A stretch of 64,000 bases of DNA from Verrucomicrobiota bacterium. GTDB taxonomy: Bacteria > Verrucomicrobiota > Verrucomicrobiia > JABWAM01. The DNA lies in assembly GCA_016198745.1 (NCBI GenBank), contig JACQHZ010000291.1, positions 819-64,818 of the forward strand, given 5' to 3'. The translations under genes were made by a program, and so were the position numbers. Of the stretch, positions 26,856 through 37,900 are shown piece by piece. Below the pieces are notes generated by a model. That model was not told where the DNA came from. It ran no database searches and saw only the letters and a program-made list of their open reading frames with translations. The number at the start of each line of letters is the position of its first letter. The stretch's first letter is position 1.

Positions 26856-27913
26856 TGGGCGCAGGCGGCCGGGCCATGCGCGGCGAAGACGCCGCCCAGA
26901 CGAAAAAGCTCGGGGTGGCTGCCGTTGGCTTTACAGAGCGGAATCGAATTTCCAAACGCCTCATGGCAACCGGCGAAGGCCGGGCAATCCTCGCGGACCA
27001 CGTCGCCAGCCTTCGCTGGTGCGATCGGTTGGGGCGGAATCGCGAAGGATTTCGCCCCCCCCTGCCGGCCGCGCTTCCGGGCTCTTAGCATTGCCGCCGC
27101 CTTTTGCAGCGCATCCAGAGCCAGATCGTCGCTTCCACGATCGGGTGGGCGCAGCACCAGACAATACGGATCATCCGCGAATAGGGTTGCCATGAAGCAG
27201 TCGAAATCCCGCGCGCGCATCAGCCCCGAAACACTCTTGCCGATGGGACCGGTTTTGAGAATGCCTGCGGCCCGGCAGACATCCTGCATGACGCCGGGGT
27301 ATTCATACTGAATGCGTCGGCCCGTCACGCAATGATTGAGATGTCTTTCCTTGGGCCAATAATGGCCTAAGTAAGGCACTTGAAGAATCTCTTCGTAGTA
27401 ATGCCAAAGCGTCACGGTGTTGACCTGCACGCCAAGAGTCAGAATGCAGCCATCGAGTTGAAGCAACGCTTCGAATGGATTCCCCCGCCCGCATGGCGTG
27501 GGCGATGCGCGGTGCCCCTCCACCAACCGCTCCGCTGAAGCTCCCAAGGCAACCCACGAATGCGTTGGATGGCAACTACGCAAACTGCCCGTGCGCTGTC
27601 GCACTTCTTCGGCGATCACGCCCTGAAAACCCGGCAACTTGCTCGGACAAAGACGCTGCGGACAACGAGCAGCGCAATCGCTGTTGGTGAAATTGGCGGG
27701 GTCGCCCCAGACGCTGTCGCGGAAAGCGGGAACAAGCAAGGTCCCGCGCGGGCCGACTGCTTCGAGCAGGGCATCGACGACGGTGGTTGCGCCGCCTTCG
27801 ACATGTCCGAGCGCGCTGAGCGAACTGTGCATCATCACCGCATCGCCCGCGCGCACGCCGAGCGCGCGCAGGTCGCGGACGATTCGTGATGGGCCAATAC
27901 CAGACGCCTTCAT
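26783..27913 (-). CDS. AAC(3)-family (aminoglycoside N3-acetyltransferase-like) acetyltransferase with a Cys-rich C-terminal extension
   Basis: The N-terminus (DLRALGVRAGDAVMMHSSLSALGHVEGGATTVVDALLEAVGPRGTLLVP) closely matches the Antibiotic_NAT family signature. At 376 aa it is longer than the usual 270 aa or so. The tail contains CPAFAGCHEAFGNSIPLCKANG...ACAHCSWH. Confidence 0.7.
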   Translation of the reverse strand: MKASGIGPSRIVRDLRALGVRAGDAVMMHSSLSALGHVEGGATTVVDALLEAVGPRGTLLVPAFRDSVWGDPANFTNSDCAARCPQRLCPSKLPGFQGVIAEEVRQRTGSLRSCHPTHSWVALGASAERLVEGHRASPTPCGRGNPFEALLQLDGCILTLGVQVNTVTLWHYYEEILQVPYLGHYWPKERHLNHCVTGRRIQYEYPGVMQDVCRAAGILKTGPIGKSVSGLMRARDFDCFMATLFADDPYCLVLRPPDRGSDDLALDALQKAAAMLRARKRGRQGGAKSFAIPPQPIAPAKAGDVVREDCPAFAGCHEAFGNSIPLCKANGSHPELFRLGGVFAAHGPAACAHCSWHLQFPPKREGGRPVKGTTPS

Positions 27914-27915
27914 CC

Positions 27916-29325
27916 TCAGGTTCGTTCCAATGTTTTCAAGGCGCGGTCCAGCAGCGCCTTGACCTTCTGCTCCGTGGCTTCATCCATGCCCGGCGCCGGA
28001 TCGGGGCCGGCCATGATCTCTTCCCACCGACGACGCGCGCGATCTTCCAGGGAAGTTCCATCCTTGCTCTGCCAAAAATGAAATCCACTGTGGCTGAACA
28101 ACGGCGCCTTCCACAACGCCGTGCGCACATGTGCCGCCGTGTGGTCGGCGCCAATGAAACCGCCCCCTGCTCCAACGGCGCGGATGGTTTCAAAAGCCAG
28201 GTGTTCATCATCAAACGATTCACGCCGGCCGAGGCGATTCAAGGCGTCGGCCAGCTCATCATCGATGATCAACTGGATCGGGCTGCAGACTTCGTCGCCG
28301 GAGAGGAGACCCGCGTTGATCGTGGCGGCATTGAAATACAGCAGGGACGGAATCACGGTCAGCATTTTCTGTGCCGCCGCCTCCGAGCCGGGTTGCTTGG
28401 CATCCGCCAGCCCGGTCTGGCCCACGTGCTGCGCGCCATAGAACCGCGCCATTTGGCCGTGGAGCAGGTTGGCCACCGCATTTTCCGGACGGCCATAACA
28501 GTAGGCCGCCCGCCGCATATCCAGCGGCAGAATGGAGCAAAGAAAATTCAACGTTCGGGTTCCATAGTACAGACGCTGTAAAATGTTGCAGAAAATGTCC
28601 TCGGCCAGGTGTTGCGCCAGCGCGCCCGCGAGCGTAATCGGTCCGCTGCCGCCCAGGGTCGTCATATTGGAGATCGAACACGGATAACCGCGTTCAGCGA
28701 AGTAGAGGAACTGCTCGGCATCCGTAGCGGCAAGTTTGAGCGGCGAGATAAGGAACATCGTGCCGCGCATGGATTCTTTCAGCGGCATGCCGAGCGCCTC
28801 CGCGCGCAAACCATGGAACTCTTCGATGAAGGGGCATAGTTCCAAACTCTGAATGCCCTGGTCCATGTCGATGCCCAACTTCCAGCAAAGATATTTCACA
28901 TGGAGCGGATGGATCCGGTGCGGCGCCGGCACCGGACAACCCAGGGTGCCGATGCCAGTGACGTTGGGCATCGCCTTGGCCGTCTTCACGTACGAGGCCA
29001 TCCGATCCTCCGTCCAATCCTCGAATTGATTGGTTCTCGGATTCAGGTATTTCCCGATGTAAATGCCAACGCTGCACTCCACGCGCGGTTCCGCGACGCG
29101 CTCCGCGGCGGGTTCCGACTCGCCGATAAACCGCTCAATCAACGCCTGGGGAAAACGTGCGACCTGGGTCGTCCGGTTGACATCCGCCCCAAAATCAACC
29201 AGTCGATCAAGAATTCGGTTGCTCTCGATCTTGACGCCGATTTCCGCCAGGATGCGCAACACAGCGCGGTGGATGCGTTCCTTCTCGCTCGCAGTCAGTT
29301 GTTGAAAGCCATGGATCGTTTCCAT
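27916..29325 (-). CDS. MttB-superfamily (trimethylamine methyltransferase family) protein, non-pyrrolysine member
   Basis: Start METIHGFQQLTASEKERIHRAVLRILAEIGVKI at 29325 gives 469 aa. The N-terminal motif and length match the MttB/MtgB family. There is no in-frame TAG. It is translationally coupled to the AAC(3)-like gene (stop/start overlap at 27913-27916). Confidence 0.7.
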   Translation of the reverse strand: METIHGFQQLTASEKERIHRAVLRILAEIGVKIESNRILDRLVDFGADVNRTTQVARFPQALIERFIGESEPAAERVAEPRVECSVGIYIGKYLNPRTNQFEDWTEDRMASYVKTAKAMPNVTGIGTLGCPVPAPHRIHPLHVKYLCWKLGIDMDQGIQSLELCPFIEEFHGLRAEALGMPLKESMRGTMFLISPLKLAATDAEQFLYFAERGYPCSISNMTTLGGSGPITLAGALAQHLAEDIFCNILQRLYYGTRTLNFLCSILPLDMRRAAYCYGRPENAVANLLHGQMARFYGAQHVGQTGLADAKQPGSEAAAQKMLTVIPSLLYFNAATINAGLLSGDEVCSPIQLIIDDELADALNRLGRRESFDDEHLAFETIRAVGAGGGFIGADHTAAHVRTALWKAPLFSHSGFHFWQSKDGTSLEDRARRRWEEIMAGPDPAPGMDEATEQKVKALLDRALKTLERT

Positions 29326-29329
29326 TGTT

Positions 29330-32023
29330 TCACCGTATATGTTTGGCGCGCGCGGCGATTTCAGCTTCCGCCAGCGCGCGATTATAGATTTCAGCCTGGC
29401 CGAATGACCCGGCAAAATAATCGCCGATTTCCTCCACGGCGCCTTCGGGATACAACGTGTTGCCGTTGCGTCCGAAATGGATATCGCCGGCGTGCGCCGG
29501 CAACTCGGCAGCAGCGCCGGCAGCCGCCTTTTTCCCGTCCACGTAAAGGATCAACCGATCCGCCGCTACGGTGGCGCCCGCTTGGTTCAGCACAAGCGCC
29601 GCGTGATGCCATTTGTTCGGCTCGATTTGATCGTACGTAAGCCATGTCCCCGGCCAGACCGCCTTTGCCCACATGCCTCCTCGCAGGGCGCCTTTGTGGA
29701 TAAAGAGATTGAGGCCGTTCCCAGATCCGCCTTCCTCATACAACATCTGGCGTTTGGTCACATCGGCCGCCCTGAACCATAGAAGAACGGTGCGATTGGC
29801 GTAGGGACCGCCCGAATTGATCGTCGGGCAATTCAACACGGAGACATAACTCTCCTTTCCGTCAAGTTCCAGTGCTGCGCCTCGCTGCGGATCATCCACC
29901 CAGTTGCTTCCCGCGACGAAGCCGAGATTGTTGTTGCCCGACGAGTCGTAAAGGAAACGATAACAGGGTTTGTACCAGCGCCCCGCGCCCCAGATCCACT
30001 GCAGCAAGCCCTGTGAGGGCGGGCGTTTTATGATGTAGCGCAGCACCAGGTCCTTCTCTGTCTGCAGACCGACGAATATCGGGACCGCGTGAGCAGCCTC
30101 GGCCTTCGCATCACCCGAGGCCCTAAGCTCGACAAGGTACTGGCCCGTCGAACTGAACGCGTGCGTCACTTTCTCGCCTTCGCCGTTCTTGCCGTCGCCG
30201 AAGTTCCACGTCAGTTTCGTCAGTTTTCCATTCGGCGCAAAAGGATCGAGCGCGGTGAATTCGACGGGCTTGCCTGACTCGACGAACTGCGACGCGACAC
30301 CAATCGCCACACTTGGCGGACCGCCGCGCCAGACCACGGTCATTTTTTTCGATTGTTCCGATACATGGAAAAATGCGCCTGCTTGCGGCACATCGACCGT
30401 GATTGGCCCGAATTCGGGCACGATGATCTCGACATTGAGGCGGGGGCGGCGCGGCGCGTGCGCATAGACGAGCCACTCGCGGGTCGGCGGTTTGCCTTTC
30501 GCCAGCGCAAGAGCGTACACGGGAATCTCGGTTTCGAGCGTCCACGGCCATTTTGCATCGAGACTCGTGTCGAGCAAAAACCAACGGTCCTCCTTCTTAT
30601 ACTCATCGGGAATGTCGGTCTGGTAGGGATGCTGATGGGCGCGATTGGGCACAAGTTCGCCTTTCCGCCAAAACTCGCGCAACACGGCGTTCGTATGGAC
30701 GCGGTCCACCGCCTCCACGATTGACATGAAATACGGCCCCGCGTACTCGACTGTCTCCAACCAACCGCGAAACTCGCGCACGACGCGCGGCCGCAACAAC
30801 CACATCCCGAACTGCACAAAACCGCCGTAACGCTCTGGCGTGAACGACTGTCCGAGGCGCGCATAGAATTTCCGTTTCGCGTTGGGTTGATCGGTCGCAT
30901 CGCCGTCCCATGTGGACATCTCGAACCAGAACCGCGGATTGAGCTTGTGCGCTTCTTGCAGCATAAAAATCCAGTTCATGGACTCGATCTGCGGACTCCA
31001 CACCGTGAAATCGGTGATCGGCATCCAGTTGTGGAGATAGTAGGAGGGCGAACCGCCGCCCCACGCCAGCGGCCCGGAATCAATCCGTCCGGGGAAATAC
31101 CCGGAGTACAGCTTCCAGTATTCAGGCGGTTCCATCGGCCGTCCCATGTGCGGAGGGCCGAGCACTTCATAACCAACGAACATGGCGTTCTTCTTCCACG
31201 CGGAATTGACCAATCCCTCCCGCATCGCCGCCTGCAACGCGCGGTAGCGTTCGATCCATCCTTCGGACACGACTCTGCGCTTGAAATCATCGTCGCGCCC
31301 CTTGCCATACCGTTCCAGGTATCCCTTGGAAGTCTCGACTTCATTCCATTGCAACTTCGAGTGTTCGTTGTTAGAAATGAAAATCACCAGCGGCGGATCG
31401 GGATACCATTCCTGGAGTTTCTTCATGAAGATGCCAGCCGTCCATTTGCCGCCCACTTCTCTCCAAGGTTCCACGGGGCCGAAGGGCGAGACCTTGGGTT
31501 GAATCGTGCCATCGAGTCCCGCCTCGTTGGGATTCTTTTCGGGTGGCAGATCGAGGTACGCCTTATCGGTGGTCAACAACGATTCCCACTGCGTGCCGAG
31601 AAACGTGAGAGGCAGTCTGAGTTGCGCCGCTTTTTGGATGCGCAACTCGTATTCCTTCATCTTGGCCTCGATCCACTTTTCACGCTCGGGGGCGCCCGGC
31701 TTCCATGTTTCCTGGAGCCACCGGTCCGTCGGCGGATGCGAAAACCAGGGCAGGACATGGCGCCCCTGATCGAGCAACTGAAACTGGTATTCTGGAGTGA
31801 ACCCATCGGCTCCGCCTTCGCCGACACCCCAATGCGCCGCCAATGGAAGTGGTCGTCCCGCTTCGCTGTGGTTCGGGCGGAGCGCCTCGACGCGGACCGC
31901 TTCGGGCACGGGCAGCGGTTTGTCCTCTGCCCTCGAATGTCCTGACGGCAAAAAGAGGGTCATCGCGTGGATGATGAAGATGGCGGTTGAGAGAATAGTC
32001 GTTGCGCCTCGCACGAGTCTCAT
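29330..32023 (-). CDS. Secreted multidomain protein: N-terminal glycoside-hydrolase-like region plus PKD domain plus C-terminal LamG domain
   Basis: Signal peptide present. The PKD signature is LTWNFGDGKNGEGEKVTHAFSSTGQYLVELRASGD. The C-terminal LamG pattern is RLILYVDGKKAA. 897 aa. Confidence 0.6.
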   Translation of the reverse strand: MRLVRGATTILSTAIFIIHAMTLFLPSGHSRAEDKPLPVPEAVRVEALRPNHSEAGRPLPLAAHWGVGEGGADGFTPEYQFQLLDQGRHVLPWFSHPPTDRWLQETWKPGAPEREKWIEAKMKEYELRIQKAAQLRLPLTFLGTQWESLLTTDKAYLDLPPEKNPNEAGLDGTIQPKVSPFGPVEPWREVGGKWTAGIFMKKLQEWYPDPPLVIFISNNEHSKLQWNEVETSKGYLERYGKGRDDDFKRRVVSEGWIERYRALQAAMREGLVNSAWKKNAMFVGYEVLGPPHMGRPMEPPEYWKLYSGYFPGRIDSGPLAWGGGSPSYYLHNWMPITDFTVWSPQIESMNWIFMLQEAHKLNPRFWFEMSTWDGDATDQPNAKRKFYARLGQSFTPERYGGFVQFGMWLLRPRVVREFRGWLETVEYAGPYFMSIVEAVDRVHTNAVLREFWRKGELVPNRAHQHPYQTDIPDEYKKEDRWFLLDTSLDAKWPWTLETEIPVYALALAKGKPPTREWLVYAHAPRRPRLNVEIIVPEFGPITVDVPQAGAFFHVSEQSKKMTVVWRGGPPSVAIGVASQFVESGKPVEFTALDPFAPNGKLTKLTWNFGDGKNGEGEKVTHAFSSTGQYLVELRASGDAKAEAAHAVPIFVGLQTEKDLVLRYIIKRPPSQGLLQWIWGAGRWYKPCYRFLYDSSGNNNLGFVAGSNWVDDPQRGAALELDGKESYVSVLNCPTINSGGPYANRTVLLWFRAADVTKRQMLYEEGGSGNGLNLFIHKGALRGGMWAKAVWPGTWLTYDQIEPNKWHHAALVLNQAGATVAADRLILYVDGKKAAAGAAAELPAHAGDIHFGRNGNTLYPEGAVEEIGDYFAGSFGQAEIYNRALAEAEIAARAKHIR

Positions 32024-32035
32024 TCGTTTTTCCTT

Positions 32036-34944
32036 TCAGTCGCTCTCGACGACGCAGGCGCCATTCTGCGGAGGGAGCAGTTTCCCATCTTGGATCCGAG
32101 GCGCCCGCAACAGCATGGCCTTGGTCTTGCCCGATGCGAATTTCATCGTCACCGCCACATCCGCATTCTTCACGGCATAACTGAGTCCGCTGAGCGCCGG
32201 CGCCTGGTCGAAGGCCTCGAAAAACTCCACATTCACCGTTTGCTTGACCTGACGTTTCCGCATGAGACTGAATGGGATCGGCGTGCCCGCCCACGTGGCA
32301 TAGGCAGTGCCGATCATCACTTCCTTCGGCTCGCCACCGGCAACGGTTCGTTGCGCCTTGAAGGACGCAAGCGGCCACTGGAAGGTGAACGCCCCGTCCG
32401 TAACCGTGCCGCTCAAGTCGTGCGGCACATCGTAGCCCGGACCCTTGGCTCCTTTCCAGTCCACCAACTTCATGTTGGCAAGACTCGTCTCCACCTTGCC
32501 AGGCGGATAGAACGGCCAGTCCACGTTGTGGGGGGCATCGGATTTGATTACATCCACCAGCAGGACGCCCTCTGGTCGCGCCACAAAATAGCGCACGATT
32601 TCCACCCCGGGATAGAGTGGCCGCTGCGGATCAGCCGCGACGATCCCCGCCGAGAACCGATTCCCTCCATCGACCAGGCAGGAGAGTTGGCGACTCATGG
32701 ATGAATCGGCCTCATCCACCACGATGCCGCTGGCGGCAAGCGAGGCGCTGGTGAACGAAGCCTGCGGATGCGAGTAGGAGATTCGGCCGGCTCTGGAATC
32801 CGCCCGCTGACCGCGGAGATAGAGCTTGTGGCTGAACAAATCATGCGCATTCCGCTCCCAGGTTTGACCCCAGTTCACATCGATGCCGTTGAAAGTCTTC
32901 GGTTCGCCAAAACGAACGAAGGTATATCCCGTCCCCTCCTGAATGGAGGAGGCCTCCTTCTCACGCGCTTTTGCCACCGCCAAATCCGTTTTCGCGCGTG
33001 GCGAACAGAAGAACCAGCGCTCGTTGCTGTGATAATTCGCCTCGGATTGGCTGAAGATCGCTGTCGGACGGACGCGTCCAGCCTCGTCCGGATAGGGCGT
33101 CTGGTATCGGGCGAAGAGGACATGGCGCAGGCCGGCCAACTTCAACAGCTTCTCGAATTTCCCGCGGCGATACACATCCGCGCCCGCGTAATGCGCGGCC
33201 TCGGCGATTTCATCGAGACAGTCGGCGTGTCCCCGCTGATAGCCTTCCGAGCCTTCGATCGTCCACCCGTCGGCGTCAAACCCATATTCGACTAACTCGT
33301 GGAATCCAAAGTCCCAATTCAAGGCGCGACCCGCCATCACCCAATGCCCGCACGCCAGGGCAATGGCCAATTGGTTGGACCGATATTCCGCCGTCTGGTT
33401 CGAATACTGGCCGTTGTGCAGGCTCAGGCGCTTCATCAGCGGCAGCAAGAAATTCGTTTCAATCTCCTGTTGTTCGGTTTCGGTGAGGCAATGACCCGCG
33501 AGCAGAAAATCATACGCCCAGGGAAAACCGCTGCACAAATACGACTCGCCGAGGACGCACCATCCGAGCAGGTTGTTGTAGCCCGTGGCTTGTGCGTTCA
33601 CGAGTTTCATGCGCGGCGCGATCCGGGCGTAGCCAAGCAAAATCTCCTTCGCCCGGTCGGCGTACTTCTTCTCGCCCGTGAGCGCGAAGGCCAGGGCGCA
33701 TTCGTAAGACATGTTGGCGTTGAGGCGATGGAACTCCGTCACCACTTTCTCGCGCAAATTGCGATTGCCGCGAATCCACTCCTTGCAAGTTGGACAATAG
33801 AGTTGAGTGAGCATTTCCTCGGTCAGTGGCGCTGTGGCGAACCCGGTGCTGCACTTGGGACAAACAAAACCTTGATCGTAGCCTCCGGATGTCTCGGGAA
33901 GGACCACGCGCGGCTTCAGGAAATTCTCCGCGTTTTCCACGAGCGAGGCGCGGGCCGCGACGAAGTCCGGCTCTTGCGCGCACCATTCGCGCAACGCGGT
34001 GAGCCGCGCCGCGTCGCAGCGGACGCGCGGGCGGTCGGCCCCGGCGTAGCGGGGCGGAACCGCGCCGAAAACGGGCAGCTCCTGCCAGCCGCGCAACACC
34101 GTGGTATCGGTCTCAGCGAGGCCCTTCACTCGAAGAATCACCGGCGCTTCTTCCGTGTAAAGCGGTTCGAGTTTTGACGCGACTTCAGCGGGAATCGACA
34201 GAATCGCGACAACGACTTTCTCCGCTCCCGCTTTCACCATGAACGGTTCCTCTTCGGAGACGAGAGTGAAATGCTTCAGGCGTTGACGATCAAATACCAG
34301 GGCGCACTCACGCTCAACGTTGTCCCGGTTGTGAATCTTCAAGTCATAGCGATACCGATATGCGTCTCCATCCTTTTCGAAGCCCTTGACCGTCTCGTCA
34401 TAGTCGAGCGTGACCGTATACCGAACGGCGCGCAGGTTCTTGACCCGCCATTCGTAGGTTGCATTCGGGCCGGTCTTCCAACCTGCAAATGAGAGCCGCA
34501 ACAGCGTGCGCGGGTCTTTGCCGTTGTCGGGACTATCGTCATCGAGCCGCAACTCGAACCGCGCCGTGCGCCAGACCTGTTTGTAGCGGGACGAAAACTT
34601 GAAATACCAGTTGCGCGCGGTGGCGAAACCGGGGACGTTTTCCAAGGTCATCCAGGCCTGACTCGGCTCTCCATCCATCCAGTATTCAAAACAGATCGCA
34701 TCGCAACCGGCCAACTGATCCTTGAGCGGCGTGAGATCCTTCACCATCGCGGTGCTGTCACGCGAAACCGAACGCCACCGGAGACAGGCGCCTCCTTTCG
34801 GATCCTCCACTGCGCTCACCTCCTTCGCGCCTTCAATCTGCCAATTCGCGAGGTTCTTAAAGTCATCCAACCGGAGCGCGTTGTCATTGCCACCCGCTGA
34901 AACGGATTTGGCGCTCGCCACGACGAGCAAGATCGCAAGGATGG
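32036..34944 (-). CDS. Secreted heparinase II/III-like / alginate-lyase-like alpha/alpha-toroid protein
   Basis: Start at MEMSILAILLVVASAKSVSA (signal peptide); the upstream part of the table ORF is junk. The central region (NGQYSNQTAEYRSNQLAIALACGHWVMAGRALNWDFGFHELVEYGFDADGWTIEGSEGYQRGHADCLDEI) resembles lyase toroid domains. Confidence 0.45.
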
Positions 34945-34956
34945 ACATCTCCATTT

Positions 34957-37900
34957 TCACGGTGTATCTCCATGTTTCGTGTTGGTTGAACCGACGGACG
35001 CCGTACCGTGCGCTTCTTTGCCGGTGATCCCCTCTTTGACCGACACGCGATACTTTCCGGGCGGGTCCGTCAGTTTGCCCAACGAAATTCTTGCGGCAAA
35101 ACAACCCCGGGCATCCGTCGCCGCCACAAAAGAATGGCTGGTCGCTTGCCCGTTGGGATATTCCACGGTCACTTCGAGAGGCCAAATCGCGGGAATACTC
35201 TCTTTCTTGGATCCGCAAACCGCGCCGGCCAACTCGATCTCGCGCTCCTTGACATTCACCCGTAGATCGATGCTCTCCACAGCCTGGGGAGGCAACATGA
35301 CCATTTGCCAATCGGCAGGCGCAATGGCGCCATTCCACTCGATTCGTTCACTCTTGCGGCGCACGGCAATCCGTTCGTGTTTCATCACATCGTAGGCCGC
35401 GTCACCCGGATGAACGAAACTGACCCCGATTTTCTGCGGTTCCCACAGGTTCAGGTTCACCAGAAACACATACCGCGCCTGGCCGCCGTAAAGCTGATGC
35501 GGGCTGATGAAATCGCTGCCGCTGACAATCAAGTCCGCCGGCTTTAGAACGGGTGTTACCGTCTCTTTCAATTTCATGACTTGTTCGCCGTGGGTATTGA
35601 TGACGCGATGGATGGGATCGTTGCCCGTCGCGCTCAGTTCGTGGTTCACGACCTCAATATCCATCGCGCTTGGAGGAAGCAGGTCCGACCGTTTTGGATC
35701 GCTGAAGAACAGGCGCTTCCCCGGTGTCTTCGCGAACTCGACGATCTTCTGCCAAACGCTTTTCGCGGAGTAACGATGATGAAAGAGAACCAATGCCTGA
35801 TATTCTTGCAGCCGTCCTTCGAGAACGTCCTGGTCCAGAACCAAATCCACCGGCGCATTGGCGCTGCGAAGGGCGGCGTAGGTGTAATCCAAGAATCCGG
35901 GCCAGCGATGTCCCTCGTGCACCCATCCCGCAAGGTTCGATTCGCTAAGCAGCACCGCCACGCGGCGATTCGGACGAAATTCGAGCCGGGCGAGCATCGG
36001 TCCGTAGCGGTGACACCAGTCCGCCCAGCGGATGAACTCGGCCTTGAGATCGTCGCGGCTCAGGATTCCTTGTTCCTTTTTCGCGCCGCTCCCATTCCAA
36101 TCGCCAAGCGCCCATTGGATCATCGAGACGCCTTTCGCGATGGCCATCTGGGTGTTTAATCGGAAATCGCCGACGCACCAGCTCAGATCAGCATCCTTGC
36201 TCTTCTGATCCATGTCGCCCGACCACCAGCCGGGCAGCCCCGCGAGCGGTTTGAAAGGACGCTGCTTTTGACGATAGCGGTGACGATCGTAAAGGAAATC
36301 GAGCCGGCCGTAGCTGACGGTATAACCCGGCGTGGGCTCCCAGGTCGAGGTATAGGCGTAATCCATCACGCAATCGAGTTCGCCGCCTTCGCTGCCGCTG
36401 ATGTTGAGCGTGGTCACATCGGGCCGGACCGTTTTGACCCACTCGTGACATTGACGGTAAGCGCGTTCAAACGCCGGTGCGCTGCAATCGCCCGGCAATC
36501 CGATGATCCGGGCCCATTGAATGTACGGTTCCTGATCGGGAAAAATGGTGGCGGGTTCGGACACCGGAGGAAAGGCCGGCCCCTTTAAGCCGGTCTGTTG
36601 CATGAAATGTGCCACCGCATGCTGGTTGTAATCGCCGATCTGCAATCTTTTATTCACCTCTTCCAGCCGCAAGTCGTATTCATCCTGAAACGAAACAAAC
36701 CGCAGGCCCGGATAATCTTTTAGCCGTTTCATCACCGACAGAACGAACTCCTTGATGAATTCCTGCGCGACCGGGCTTGAAGGCGAAGCGATGCTGCTGG
36801 GGAGACTGCCGGTGCTGTTGTTAAAATCCTTGCCGTCCGCCCAAGCCAGAATCTGGCAGATTTCCGCTTGCCCCTTCGGACTGAGCCGGCCGTCTTTGTC
36901 AAAATAATCCCGCGTTTTTTCCGGCGAAATTCGCGGATAAAACGAATGATGAAACACATTAAAATTCACCATGGCAGAAATACCGTAAGTGTATGCCTCA
37001 TTCATCCGCGCCTCGAGACCGGATTCCGGGAAAAGCTCATACGTCACCCACGTGTCGATATGCCATTTCCGCAGCATTTCATACTGCCACGATTCAGTGA
37101 TGCCGCCCCAGAGACCAAGTGAAAATGCGGGCGGACTTTCGGGCTGTACGCCCAAGACGATCTCCGGACTCGAAGCCACCTGCTTGGCGCCATCCCATAA
37201 CTCGGCGCTAACACCGTAACGCCCCGGTCTCAGGTCCGTGGTGTTGAGCGCGAAGCGGTTTTCATGGGAAGGCAGAGCGCCGAGGACCCATTTGTTGGTC
37301 GAACCCTCCGCATGCGCAACAATCCGCGCCTCAGTTCCGCGGCTGTAGGAAAGCACGCTGAGCGCGACTTGCTCGCCGCGTCGGTAGCCGCGCCTCGGCG
37401 CGTGAAGCAGAATCCCGCCGCCAAGCGATTGGATCAGCCCCTTGTAGGCAGGGTCGTTCCCGTCACGCCAGAGTCGTTTCACCTCCTCGTCCGAAAGCGG
37501 CGACCGCAGAATCGCGAACTCGTCCAGGATGGCGTTTGCGAAGCCGCTGTCAGGTTCAGATGTGCTACCGTGCCTGAACCCCAGGTAAAATCGGGGATAC
37601 ACGCCATACTGACACTTGTTCAACGGAAGCGCGCCATCCCGCGAGCCGACCAGTTCGCCGTCAAAATAAAACCGTCGTTTGTCCGCGTCCCACACGCCCA
37701 CGACGAAATGCCATCGTTCCGACAGATCATTCATGAAAGGATGAAGGTCGCCTTTCACGAAGTCCTGATGCGTGCCCGCGTAGAAGAGCATCGCGTCGCC
37801 CGATGTTTGGTACATCTCGAACGTGGCGTTGCCGCTGCAATACAACGTTCCGATTTGAGCGCCCTTGGGCTTGAACCAAAGCATCACGCTGCCGCGATCA

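Noticed and set aside
27916-29325. Pyrrolysine (in-frame UAG) in the MttB-family gene.
   Set aside because: The ORF has no internal stop codon, so this is a non-Pyl family member.
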